A DNA stretch of 31,369 bases, taken from the IMG/VR virus record IMGVR_UViG_3300048576_000594, positions 1 through 31,369 of that record. One strand, given 5' to 3'. Of this stretch, positions 8,129 to 16,154 are shown piece after piece. This DNA is from a virus. Its lineage: Duplodnaviria; Caudoviricetes. Position 1 is the stretch's first letter. Each line of letters starts with the position of its first letter. The translations under genes were made by a program, and so were the position numbers. Below the pieces are notes generated by a model. It ran no database searches and was not told the origin of the DNA. It worked only from the letters and a program-made list of their open reading frames with translations.

Positions 8129-8761
8129 ATGAAATCTTTAAAACAAATCAGTAAATGGGATGTGGTGATTGCAGCAATTATCATCGTCACTATCCTCGGT
8201 CTGTGGATCGGTGGTTGCCAAATGCCAAATGTCCAACCGGATGATCTTCGAAATTTAGCTGATCAGACCCAGCAGTTAAGCAGTCAGCTCGATGATTTTC
8301 AGCAGCAGACCAAAGCAACATTCGAATCGCTGAAACAAAATGGCAGCATCGATTCTAATGCGATTGCGAAAGTTGAAAAACTTCAAAGCAGTATCGATGC
8401 CGTTCAAAACAAAACCGCTGTAATTGCTGATGCATTAAAAAAAGCTCAATACAGCGGTTCGGATGGTTTGACTACTGTGCTTGAAGGTGCAAGAGCAGCT
8501 AATGCAGCGAGCTCGCCTTTCAATCCTTATGCACCGCTTATTGATGTAGGTCTGGGATTAGCAGCAGCGTTTGCAGCGGCAATTGCGAAAAAGAATGCAC
8601 AAAAAGCAGCCGAGGCTCTTGCCAAATACGATGCGCATAAGCAGGGTGTTGAACTGACTATGAAGCAGGTATCGCAATCAACTGTTCCGGAAGTTAAAGC
8701 TGTTGAAACACAGTTGTATCAGAACATTGGTGAAGCAAGAAAAGCTAATACAGGCAGCTGA
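8129..8761 (+). CDS. Putative lipoprotein with coiled coil (210 aa)
   Basis: SD AGGAG 8116-8120, ATG 8129; basic N-terminus, hydrophobic stretch, lipobox-like WIGG-C; Gln-rich helical region; second hydrophobic segment. Confidence 0.7.
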   Translation: MKSLKQISKWDVVIAAIIIVTILGLWIGGCQMPNVQPDDLRNLADQTQQLSSQLDDFQQQTKATFESLKQNGSIDSNAIAKVEKLQSSIDAVQNKTAVIADALKKAQYSGSDGLTTVLEGARAANAASSPFNPYAPLIDVGLGLAAAFAAAIAKKNAQKAAEALAKYDAHKQGVELTMKQVSQSTVPEVKAVETQLYQNIGEARKANTGS

Positions 8762-8776
8762 TGAGTGATGAATAGA

Positions 8777-8866
8777 GGTTTGGCTGGGGAGGGTTGAACA
8801 ACAACCCACCCCGCCATGGAACAGCCAAACCGAATTTGATTATAACAAAATTATTAAAAGGGGCAA
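8777..8866 (-). ncRNA. Candidate minus-strand promoter and structured small RNA or leader
   Basis: Minus-strand TTGCCC-16nt-TATAAT with extended TG (8866-8839), followed by a long hairpin GGTTTGGCTG/CAGCCAAACC (8777-8831) with an inner GGGTTG/CAACCC stem. Confidence 0.45.
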
Positions 8867-8869
8867 GCA

Positions 8870-9106
8870 ATGTCAAAATGTTATGAAGACACAATCGACG
8901 ATGACGACAGTCATATTTGTGTTATCTGCGAAAAACCTCGCAGCAAAAATCATAAATGCAGTAAGGAAGGCGAAGCAAAGTTTAATAGAAAATGTAACAC
9001 GCAACCATCAGTGTACACGCGGCGAATTGTAAATCGATATGGAATTGGATTTTCATTCAATGAAAAAATTCGCGATGCATTTTCTGTATTTGGAGCCGAC
9101 ACATGA
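8870..9106 (+). CDS. Small Cys/His-containing hypothetical protein
   Basis: 78 aa with CVIC...HKC; AAGGGG SD upstream. Confidence 0.5.
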   Translation: MSKCYEDTIDDDDSHICVICEKPRSKNHKCSKEGEAKFNRKCNTQPSVYTRRIVNRYGIGFSFNEKIRDAFSVFGADT

Positions 9107-9197
9107 ATGCATTCTTTGTGCAGGGCACATGAACGCCCACGTTTGCGCGTGTTGCGACAAAATAGAGAGAAGCGATCTTTCTACCCACAAGAAAGTG

Positions 9198-9290
9198 TGT
9201 TGCAACCTGTTGCAACGTGGTGCGATGTGATGTAAGTCTTGGGTCCTCTGGAACTTAAAAACAGGACAAACCCAGGCGGGAACGGTCCCC
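9198..9290 (+). other. Candidate cos (DNA packaging) region
   Basis: GGGTCCT at 9241-9247 is identical to lambda cosQ and is followed by GC-rich AGGCGGGAACGGTCCCC; tandem TGTTGCAAC at 9198-9216; located upstream of the packaging module. Confidence 0.4.
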
Positions 9291-9345
9291 TTATAAAAGA
9301 CATTCGGTCGCAAGTGAACATATTTTAAAAAGGAAAGTTTTAGCT

Positions 9346-10566
9346 ATGAAAATTGAATTAAAAAACATCAATGATATTCGTCCATATGACAATAATCCGC
9401 GTGATAACAGCGGGGCGGTCGATGCTGTAGCGGCAAGTTTGAAGGAATTTGGATTCAGGCAGCCCATTGTGGTTGATAAAGACGGCGTAATTATCGTCGG
9501 CCATACCCGCTACAAGGCAGCGCAAAAGTTAGGTTTGGAAAAAGTTCCTGTGCATGTAGCGCAGGATTTAACCAATGCCCAGATAAAAGCATATCGAATC
9601 GCCGACAATCAAACCGCGACACTCGCGGAATGGAACTATGAACTGCTGCCAATCGAATTAAAAGATTTGCAGTCGATGGATTTCAATCTCGAACTGCTTG
9701 GCTTCGACAGTGACGAACTTGCAAAAATTCTTGATCCCGGCATACAAGAAGGTCTCACTGATCCGGACGATGTTCCGGAACCGCCGGCCGAGCCTATAAC
9801 AAAACCCGGCGATATATGGCTTTTAGGTGAGCACCGACTTTTGTGTGGTGATAGTACCAATCGTGACGATGTTGCCTATTTGATGAAAGGCGACAAGGCA
9901 GGTCTGGTATTCACGGATCCTCCATATAATGTCAACTACGGAATTTCTAAAAACCCGCGACATAAAATACGATCCATCGAAAATGATTCCATGTCAACTG
10001 ATGAATGGAGCATTTTCTGTCATAAGATGTATGAGATTTTTCAGGAATTTAATACTGGTGATATTTACATGTGGGGAGCATCAGGCCCGGAGGGAATGAG
10101 AATGAGGCTTTGGCTTGTGGAAATGGGCTGCCACTGGTCGGCAACAATTATTTGGAAAAAGCAGCAGCTTGTTTTATCTCCCGCAAAGTATCAGCGAATG
10201 TACGAACCATGTTACTATGGATGGTTTGGAAAGAGCAGCTTTGGTGACGATCGAACCCAAACAGAAGTATGGGAAATTAACCGTCCGCTCAATTCTAAAC
10301 TTCACCCAACTATGAAACCAGTGGAACTGTGCATTAAAGGCATAACAAATAGTTCCGTGCCAGGCACGATTGTATTTGATGGCTTCCTTGGCAGTGGCAG
10401 TACATTGATTGCATGTGAACAAACAGGGCGGAAGTGCTTCGGTGTTGAAATTGATCCGGCGTATTGTGACGTCATAAAAAACAGATGGGAACAATTTACA
10501 GGTAAAAAAGCAAAACTGGCCAACGACAAAGCCCCGATCGATGCCGGGGCTGAGGAGATAAGGTAA
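9346..10566 (+). CDS. ParB-N domain fused to an N6/N4 DNA methyltransferase (beta class)
   Basis: PYDNNPR, FGFRQPIVVD, IIVGHTRYKAA, YRIADN; catalytic TDPPY, HPTMKPV, SAM-binding DGFLGSGST. Confidence 0.92.
   Translation: MKIELKNINDIRPYDNNPRDNSGAVDAVAASLKEFGFRQPIVVDKDGVIIVGHTRYKAAQKLGLEKVPVHVAQDLTNAQIKAYRIADNQTATLAEWNYELLPIELKDLQSMDFNLELLGFDSDELAKILDPGIQEGLTDPDDVPEPPAEPITKPGDIWLLGEHRLLCGDSTNRDDVAYLMKGDKAGLVFTDPPYNVNYGISKNPRHKIRSIENDSMSTDEWSIFCHKMYEIFQEFNTGDIYMWGASGPEGMRMRLWLVEMGCHWSATIIWKKQQLVLSPAKYQRMYEPCYYGWFGKSSFGDDRTQTEVWEINRPLNSKLHPTMKPVELCIKGITNSSVPGTIVFDGFLGSGSTLIACEQTGRKCFGVEIDPAYCDVIKNRWEQFTGKKAKLANDKAPIDAGAEEIR
10526..10551 (-). terminator. Probable intrinsic terminator of the antisense cassette
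   Basis: AGCCCCG-8nt-CGGGGCT hairpin followed by TTGT on the minus strand, just past the stop at 10575. Confidence 0.55.
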
Positions 10567-10574
10567 TGGCTTTG

Positions 10575-11033
10575 TTATTTAGCGACAGTAAATTTGCCTC
10601 GCTCGGTTTTGACAAAGCGGGATTCGTGACCTTTTACCTTGATTTCGCGCGATATTGCAGCATGAAGTGTGGCGGCCGGTGTTTTTCCACCGGTTTTCCA
10701 CATACCCTTGTCCAACATTTGTTTGACGATCTCCTGGCAATCAAGCGGCTGGCCGGCATCGGCAAGGACCATAAAGGCTGCGGACAAGCCGCCAAGTTTT
10801 TTTATTTTTGGTTGGTCAGTGATTGTTACGGTCGGCGTTTTGGTTTCGGGTTTATCCTTATGAAAGAGGCCCCGGAATCTGTCGGCAGATTTAATAATCA
10901 TCTGTTTGTTAGTTTTGATATTGGCCCCAACCCAGCTGCCATCGGCGTTTTGGCTCATGATACGGACACCAATAGTATTTTTTCCGATTTTTATAGCGTA
11001 GATTTTACTGATTTGGATTTCGTTTGCATTCAT
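10575..11033 (-). CDS. Winged-helix (HARE-HTH-like) domain protein
   Basis: LSAAFMVLADAGQPLDCQEIV...W...GKTPAATLHAAISREI...SRFVKTERGKF; SD AAAGGA. Confidence 0.8.
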   Translation of the reverse strand: MNANEIQISKIYAIKIGKNTIGVRIMSQNADGSWVGANIKTNKQMIIKSADRFRGLFHKDKPETKTPTVTITDQPKIKKLGGLSAAFMVLADAGQPLDCQEIVKQMLDKGMWKTGGKTPAATLHAAISREIKVKGHESRFVKTERGKFTVAK

Positions 11034-11063
11034 TGTAAAAGTCCTTTCATTAAAAATATTTTT

Positions 11064-11234
11064 TTATCTGCTTTGAATAATTGTTATTTGAAATTCGCTG
11101 CCATCGCTGGTTCGGATGACAAGTCCGTTATTTGTGGTAAGAACTCCGGCTTCTTCAAAAGTCTGAACTCTTATGATTTCATCCTGACCCGCTATGGCAT
11201 CTGTGATAATTTCCTGAATATCTGCTCCGTTCAT
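11064..11234 (-). CDS. Small hypothetical protein (56 aa, absent from the ORF track)
   Basis: MNGADIQEIITDAIAGQDEIIRVQTFEEAGVLTTNNGLVIRTSDGSEFQITIIQSR; SD AAGGAG; fills the gap between neighbours. Confidence 0.75.
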   Translation of the reverse strand: MNGADIQEIITDAIAGQDEIIRVQTFEEAGVLTTNNGLVIRTSDGSEFQITIIQSR

Positions 11235-11246
11235 TTTAAAATCTCC

Positions 11247-11498
11247 TTAATCTGCAAAAAGGGTTATGTGGCGGAAATATTCATGTTTCATACTGTTGGT
11301 TCCGTGGCATCCATCGAGTTGGAACTGGATGCATTCGGCAAGGCTGAACATATCGTCCCGATCGTCGGGCGATACAAGATGGATGTTGACGCAGTCACCA
11401 TTGTTATCTGCGATATGGCAGACAATACTTTTTTCCTCTCTGCTGATAGTTGCTATGAATCCTGTTTCACCTTCGAGTGTTATTGTTTTAACCTTCAT
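11247..11498 (-). CDS. Hypothetical protein (83 aa)
   Basis: SD GGGAG, tightly packed in the minus-strand cassette. Confidence 0.7.
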   Translation of the reverse strand: MKVKTITLEGETGFIATISREEKSIVCHIADNNGDCVNIHLVSPDDRDDMFSLAECIQFQLDGCHGTNSMKHEYFRHITLFAD

Positions 11499-11501
11499 CG
11501 C

Positions 11502-11666
11502 TTATATCTCCCTGCAAGTGTTAATTTTGATAACCATCTGTTTGGGTTGGTTGGGTTTTGTGTGGGGTGGTTTGATAACGTTAATGTCGTAGCGGCCATC
11601 GGTATAAACTCCAACTACTCTGCCTCGGATTCCTTTGTATTTACCTTTTGTGATTTCGATCTTCAT
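11502..11666 (-). CDS. Small KOW-motif-like protein (54 aa, absent from the ORF track)
   Basis: MKIEITKGKYKGIRGRVVGVYTDGRYDINVIK...; ATGA overlap with the upstream gene; ITKGKYKGIRGRV resembles KOW. Confidence 0.7.
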   Translation of the reverse strand: MKIEITKGKYKGIRGRVVGVYTDGRYDINVIKPPHTKPNQPKQMVIKINTCREI

Positions 11667-11869
11667 TTGGTTTCCCTTTCAGTAATGTCTTCGAGTGATT
11701 CTTTGATTTGTGTTTCTGATATGCTGCTAAATATCGAAAGTGCCCGGATCAATTCTCTGCGGGCATCGATGGGCGAGCCAATGTTTGATTCTTTTGCCAG
11801 CTCGCATTCGAACCAGCCGAGCAGGTTTGCGATATCAAATCTTGCTGCTTTATATTCCGCGTTTTCCAT
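11663..11869 (-). CDS. Hypothetical protein (68 aa), first gene of the antisense cassette
   Basis: SD AAAGGG, ATG at 11869, stop overlaps the next start. Confidence 0.65.
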   Translation of the reverse strand: MENAEYKAARFDIANLLGWFECELAKESNIGSPIDARRELIRALSIFSSISETQIKESLEDITERETK

Positions 11870-11901
11870 TTTATTACCCTTTCAAAAATTATCGTTTAAG
11901 G

Positions 11902-11938
11902 ACATGCATGTGTTATCTAAATGAATATGCTAAAGCAA
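11902..11938 (-). promoter_or_regulatory. Possible promoter of the antisense cassette with palindromic site
   Basis: Minus-strand TTGCTT-17nt-TAACAC (weak -10) overlapping the palindrome ACATGCATGT at 11902-11911. Confidence 0.3.
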
Positions 11939-11980
11939 CTTAGTAATTGAATTATTTCGAAGTAATTACATGGAATTTTT

Positions 11981-12175
11981 ATGACCACACAAAATGACAC
12001 AAAGCAAATAAATCCTGCGGCACTAAGCCCTGAAACAGCGGCTAAAATGCTTGGATTACCTTTAGAAGTTGTCCAGAAACATATCGCACAAGGTGCACCT
12101 GTAGCGGCCGATGGAACTATCAGTCTTATTTCTTATGCAGCATGGTTAAACAGCAGGGAAAATTATGGCAATTGA
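11981..12175 (+). CDS. Small HTH protein, probable terminase small-subunit-like
   Basis: LSPETAAKMLG...GAPVAADGTISLISYAAWL; overlaps the terminase start. Confidence 0.7.
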   Translation: MTTQNDTKQINPAALSPETAAKMLGLPLEVVQKHIAQGAPVAADGTISLISYAAWLNSRENYGN

Positions 12176-14411
12176 CGTAAATAAATTATCGCAATCGCAG
12201 CTTTTGCAGTTGATAAATGCCACACCGCTTGGGCCGGTATTAGACCGTTCGCATTTGCGAAGGCAGATGGATATCGCTGCGTATCGCATTGGTGATGGCA
12301 AGCATATTAATTTGGTGCGCTATGTCTCATGGCTTGCCCGCGAATATGAAAAACCAAAACAGGCGAAGCAATCTGTAGAAGATTCCAGACTCAAAGATTT
12401 AATCGCAAAAAACGCGGCGCGTAAAGCTGCTCAGGATATTGGCGAAATTCCTGCTATTGAAAATGTTGAACGCAGGGAAAAAGCATGCGGTGATTTCAGA
12501 TACTTTTGTGAGACTTACTTTGCAGATGTGTTTTATTTAACCTGGTCCGATGATCACCTGCGAGTAATCTCAAAAATAGAACAGTCCGTTCTTCATGGAG
12601 GACTGTTTGCTTTTGCTATGCCTCGCGGAAGTGGCAAATCTGCTTTGACAAGGTCGGCTGCCATATGGGCAATTTTAATTGGAGCCCGCAGGTATGTATG
12701 TTTGATTGGCTCTGCCACCAGGCAGTCACTAAATTTATTTCAGAGTGTTCAGGCTGCCATGCTGGGTAATAATCTGCTTCTGGCAGATTTCCCAGAAATT
12801 ATTTATCCAATACAGCAGCTGGAAAATAGTGCTCATAAACAAAGGGGGCAAAGATACGAAGGGCGGCTTACATATCCGGTGTGGGGAACGCATAAAATTG
12901 TTATTCCTACTATCGCAGGAAGCATTGCGTCTGGTTCGGTGATAACGGTTGATAGCCTTGATTCAAATATTCGCGGCCAGATCCATACAACTATGGATGG
13001 CAAGATCATTCGTCCTGATTTGGTTTTAATAGATGATCCGCAAACGAGAGAATCTGCAAAATCAGTTGACCAGACCAATCAGAGATTAAGCACTTTAAAT
13101 GGTGATGTGCTTGGTATGGCAGGGCCGGGTAAAAAAATATCCGGATTATTAACCTGTACAAAGATTTATTGCAATGATTTAGCAGATCAGATTCTTGATT
13201 CTGATAAAAATCCTGAATGGCAGGGGCAATGCACTAAGATGGTTTATGCATTGCCTTCTGATATGAAACTTTGGGATAAGTACGAAGAAATCCGGGCTGA
13301 TAGTCTTCGAGCCGGCAATGGCGGCAGGGAGGCAACAGAGTTTTATATCCAAAATAGAGCTGCCATGGATTTTGGCAGTAAAGTTGCCTGGCCCCAGCGT
13401 CATAATGAGGATGAAGCATCTGCTATTCAGCATGCAATGAACCTGATGCTTCGCGATGAGGCAGCGTTCTACGCCGAATATCAGAACGATCCTATTGCAG
13501 AACAGACTGTTGAGCAGATTTTGACGATCGAGCAGGTTATGGAGAAAACCAATGGCCGAAAAAGATATGAGGTTCCGCTGGGCTGTCAATATCTTACAAT
13601 GTTTATTGATGTGCATGATAAGCTTTTGTTCTATGCAGTATGCGCATGGGCAGAAGATTTTACTGGTTTTGTTGTTGATTATGGTACATATCCTGACCAG
13701 AGAAGGGCATCATTTACGCTTCGAAAAGCACAAATCAGTCTTCAGGATATTTACCGCGGCATGGAAAAAGAAGGTGCGATTCAAGCAGGTTTGGAAAAAC
13801 TATGCACAGATTACTTAAATCGAGATTGGAACCGCGGAACCGGTGTTATGAAAATCGATAGATGCCTGATTGATAGCGGTTATATGCCCGGCATTGTTGA
13901 AAACATTCGTCATAAACTTGGCGGTACTATTATGGCGTCAAAAGGTGTTGGTATAAAAGCCGCAAATAAACCAATGTCAACTTACAAACGCAAGCCAGGC
14001 GAGCGGCACGGTCATCATTGGTATATCCCTAATATAAATAAAACCGGTGAATTTACACATGTGGCGATTGATACAAATTATTGGAAGACATTTGTTCATG
14101 AGAGATTCTTTATAGCGGCGGGAGACCATGGCAGTTTGACAATCTTCGGTAAAAGCAATCATCAGCACGAATTGTTTGCCCAGCATGTAGCCGGTTCCGA
14201 ATCTTGGGTGCGAACCGAAGGTCATGGCAGGGTAGTTTATCAATGGTCACCAAAAGTTGGCGGACTTGATAATCATTGGCTTGACTGCATGGTCGGCTGT
14301 TCGGTAGCTGCCTCTATGTGTGGATGCAGTTTGAGCGGGCACAATGTAAAAACATTTACCAAAAGAGAACGGATTAAGTTATCAGATATTCAAAAGAAGC
14401 AGAATCTATGA
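12165..14411 (+). CDS. Terminase large subunit (GpA-like)
   Basis: Walker A MPRGSGKS, Walker B LVLIDDPQ, AEYQNDP, nuclease FIDVH, LIDSGY, DNHWLDC. Confidence 0.9.
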   Translation: MAIDVNKLSQSQLLQLINATPLGPVLDRSHLRRQMDIAAYRIGDGKHINLVRYVSWLAREYEKPKQAKQSVEDSRLKDLIAKNAARKAAQDIGEIPAIENVERREKACGDFRYFCETYFADVFYLTWSDDHLRVISKIEQSVLHGGLFAFAMPRGSGKSALTRSAAIWAILIGARRYVCLIGSATRQSLNLFQSVQAAMLGNNLLLADFPEIIYPIQQLENSAHKQRGQRYEGRLTYPVWGTHKIVIPTIAGSIASGSVITVDSLDSNIRGQIHTTMDGKIIRPDLVLIDDPQTRESAKSVDQTNQRLSTLNGDVLGMAGPGKKISGLLTCTKIYCNDLADQILDSDKNPEWQGQCTKMVYALPSDMKLWDKYEEIRADSLRAGNGGREATEFYIQNRAAMDFGSKVAWPQRHNEDEASAIQHAMNLMLRDEAAFYAEYQNDPIAEQTVEQILTIEQVMEKTNGRKRYEVPLGCQYLTMFIDVHDKLLFYAVCAWAEDFTGFVVDYGTYPDQRRASFTLRKAQISLQDIYRGMEKEGAIQAGLEKLCTDYLNRDWNRGTGVMKIDRCLIDSGYMPGIVENIRHKLGGTIMASKGVGIKAANKPMSTYKRKPGERHGHHWYIPNINKTGEFTHVAIDTNYWKTFVHERFFIAAGDHGSLTIFGKSNHQHELFAQHVAGSESWVRTEGHGRVVYQWSPKVGGLDNHWLDCMVGCSVAASMCGCSLSGHNVKTFTKRERIKLSDIQKKQNL

Positions 14412-14587
14412 TGAATGAAAACCAGAAAAACGCTGAAAAGAATATTGGCTTGGAATGTAGCAGTTGCGGATGCAGGCATTTTAGTGTTCAGGGTACCCGT
14501 ATTGCAAATAAGCAGATTATACGATATCGATTGTGCAGAAATTGTGGGCTACGGCTTACCACAGTGGAAAGAGCGGTTTCAAAATGA
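14408..14587 (+). CDS. Small zinc-ribbon protein (NrdR-N / Ogr / Com-like), 59 aa, absent from the ORF track
   Basis: MMNENQKNAEKNIGLECSSCGCRHFSVQGTRIANKQIIRYRLCRNCGLRLTTVERAVSK; ATGA overlap with the terminase stop. Confidence 0.8.
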   Translation: MMNENQKNAEKNIGLECSSCGCRHFSVQGTRIANKQIIRYRLCRNCGLRLTTVERAVSK

Positions 14588-14698
14588 AAATAGGTTGAGT
14601 ATGAATGAAGTTGCCACAATTTATGTTACCAGCCCGAAAACCTATACACTATTGTATCAGAACAAGTTAATAAGGAATTTTTTGAATAGGAGTTAGCA

Positions 14699-15019
14699 AT
14701 GTTGAAGAAATTTACAATTTGTTTAGTCGCTTTTATCTCTTTAAGTTTAGCCACCAGCACATTCGCCCGCAGCCATATTAGCGTCGGTATCAACATCGGT
14801 ACTCCCGTTTATGTAGCCCCAGCACCGGTATATGTAGCGCCACCAGTCTATGTAGCTCCCGCACCTGTTTATGTAGTACCTGCACCAGGCTACGGCTATT
14901 ATGCTCAGGCACCAGTTGTTGTTGCTCCACCGGTTTCCTATTATCCGGCTTATCGCTATCCGAATTATGGCCCAAGCTTCCGTTTTGGCTACAGTCGCGG
15001 TCACGGTCATCATCGCTAG
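14699..15019 (+). CDS. Secreted PXPV-repeat proline-rich protein (moron)
   Basis: SD AGGAG; signal peptide ending TFA; tandem PVYVAPA repeats; own terminator. Confidence 0.8.
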   Translation: MLKKFTICLVAFISLSLATSTFARSHISVGINIGTPVYVAPAPVYVAPPVYVAPAPVYVVPAPGYGYYAQAPVVVAPPVSYYPAYRYPNYGPSFRFGYSRGHGHHR

Positions 15020-15080
15020 AAGCGCAGGCAGCCATTGATATAAGCACAAAAGAATATTTATAATTTCAGTCCCCGTCCAT

Positions 15081-15109
15081 AAGCCCCCGACTTTATGCCG
15101 GGGGTTTTT
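15081..15109 (+). terminator. Intrinsic terminator
   Basis: AAGCCCCCG-9nt-CGGGGGTTTTT. Confidence 0.75.
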
Positions 15110-15244
15110 CATAATTGATTGCAAGGTTGATTTTCAGGACTTTGCGATTTACAAAGCATCTTCGGTTGACGAAGAAATCAGTTTTTCAGACACCTCAATC
15201 CGGTTATCCCCTTAAAAAGCCATAAAATCATTTTTTATTTTTGC

Positions 15245-15290
15245 TTGCCTAAAAACTATTCTATATCGTATAATCTTACTGGTAAGATTA
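15245..15290 (+). promoter_or_regulatory. Sigma70-type promoter with palindromic operator for the TA operon
   Basis: TTGCCT (15245)-18nt-TATAAT (15269); perfect inverted repeat TAATCTTAC-TG-GTAAGATTA at 15271-15290. Confidence 0.75.
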
Positions 15291-15310
15291 ATTTATTTTA
15301 AAGGTGTGTT

Positions 15311-15577
15311 ATGATAGCAAATTTGGCTACAACTAAAATGTCTTCTAAAGGACAGGTAGTGATTCCTGAAACAATTCGAAAAACGCTTGGCCTGGAAAAC
15401 GGCTGCCAATTCCTTGTATTAGGAGAAAAAGATGCGGTTATTCTTAAAACTATAACAGCTCCTTCAAAGAAAGAGTTCCAAGACCTGGTTAACAGTGCAC
15501 GCAAGGCTGCAAAAAAAGCCGGCTTAAAACCCAAAGACGTCTTTGGTGCCGTTGCGCAGGCCAGGGGTAAGAAGTGA
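15311..15577 (+). CDS. AbrB/MazE/SpoVT-family antitoxin
   Basis: TKMSSKGQVVIPETIRKTLGLENG motif; GTGA overlap with the PIN gene. Confidence 0.9.
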   Translation: MIANLATTKMSSKGQVVIPETIRKTLGLENGCQFLVLGEKDAVILKTITAPSKKEFQDLVNSARKAAKKAGLKPKDVFGAVAQARGKK

Positions 15578-15996
15578 AAACAAAGGTCGTAATCGATACC
15601 AATGTTTTTATTTCCGGCATCTTCTTCAATGGGCCGCCATCACGAATTCTCCATGCATGGCAGGAAGATCAATTTCAACTTGCGATATCTGAGGAAATAG
15701 TTGCAGAATACAGACGGGTCTTGGATATATTTGCAGTCAAATTCAAGCATATTGATTTTAAGCCTGTTATCGAAATGCTTCTTATCAAGGCGGAACTTGT
15801 AGGTTCATATTCATTTAAAGAACAAATCAGCGAAGATCCGGATGATGATAAATTTATCGCATGTGCAATTGCATCAGAAAGCAGGTTCATTGTTAGCGGA
15901 GACAGACATTTGCTTAAAATCGGCAAATATCTTAACACAACCATTGTTACTCCGCGATATTTCGTTGACCACCTGCTTAAAAAAGAAAGCATATAA
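15574..15996 (+). CDS. PIN-domain toxin (VapC-like)
   Basis: VVIDTNVFISG, EIVAEY, DPDDDKFIACA, IVSGDRHLL. Confidence 0.9.
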   Translation: MKTKVVIDTNVFISGIFFNGPPSRILHAWQEDQFQLAISEEIVAEYRRVLDIFAVKFKHIDFKPVIEMLLIKAELVGSYSFKEQISEDPDDDKFIACAIASESRFIVSGDRHLLKIGKYLNTTIVTPRYFVDHLLKKESI

Positions 15997-16001
15997 ATCA
16001 C

Positions 16002-16031
16002 AATAGTTTCTACTAATAGAAACTATTTTTT
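16002..16031 (+). terminator. AT-rich hairpin, probable terminator after the TA operon
   Basis: AATAGTTTCTA-CTAA-TAGAAACTATT followed by TTTT. Confidence 0.6.
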
Positions 16032-16059
16032 CATTTCATATAAAATCCCTCCAAGTACA

Positions 16060-16088
16060 TTGACTTATAAAAATCAAGAATGTAAATT
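16060..16088 (+). promoter_or_regulatory. Sigma70-type promoter upstream of the morphogenesis operon
   Basis: TTGACT-17nt-TAAATT. Confidence 0.65.
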
Positions 16089-16154
16089 AGAATCGACAAC
16101 TAAATAACGCGGGTAGCTTGCGACTGATCCTCGCAGGTAATCCAGAAAATATAA

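Noticed and set aside
14415-14696. 93-aa ORF-track call after the terminase
   Set aside because: The overlapping frame 14408-14587 encodes a clear zinc ribbon with ATGA coupling.
14800-14890. Tandem DNA repeats resembling a CRISPR array
   Set aside because: They are coding PVYVAPA repeats without unique spacers; no cas genes present.
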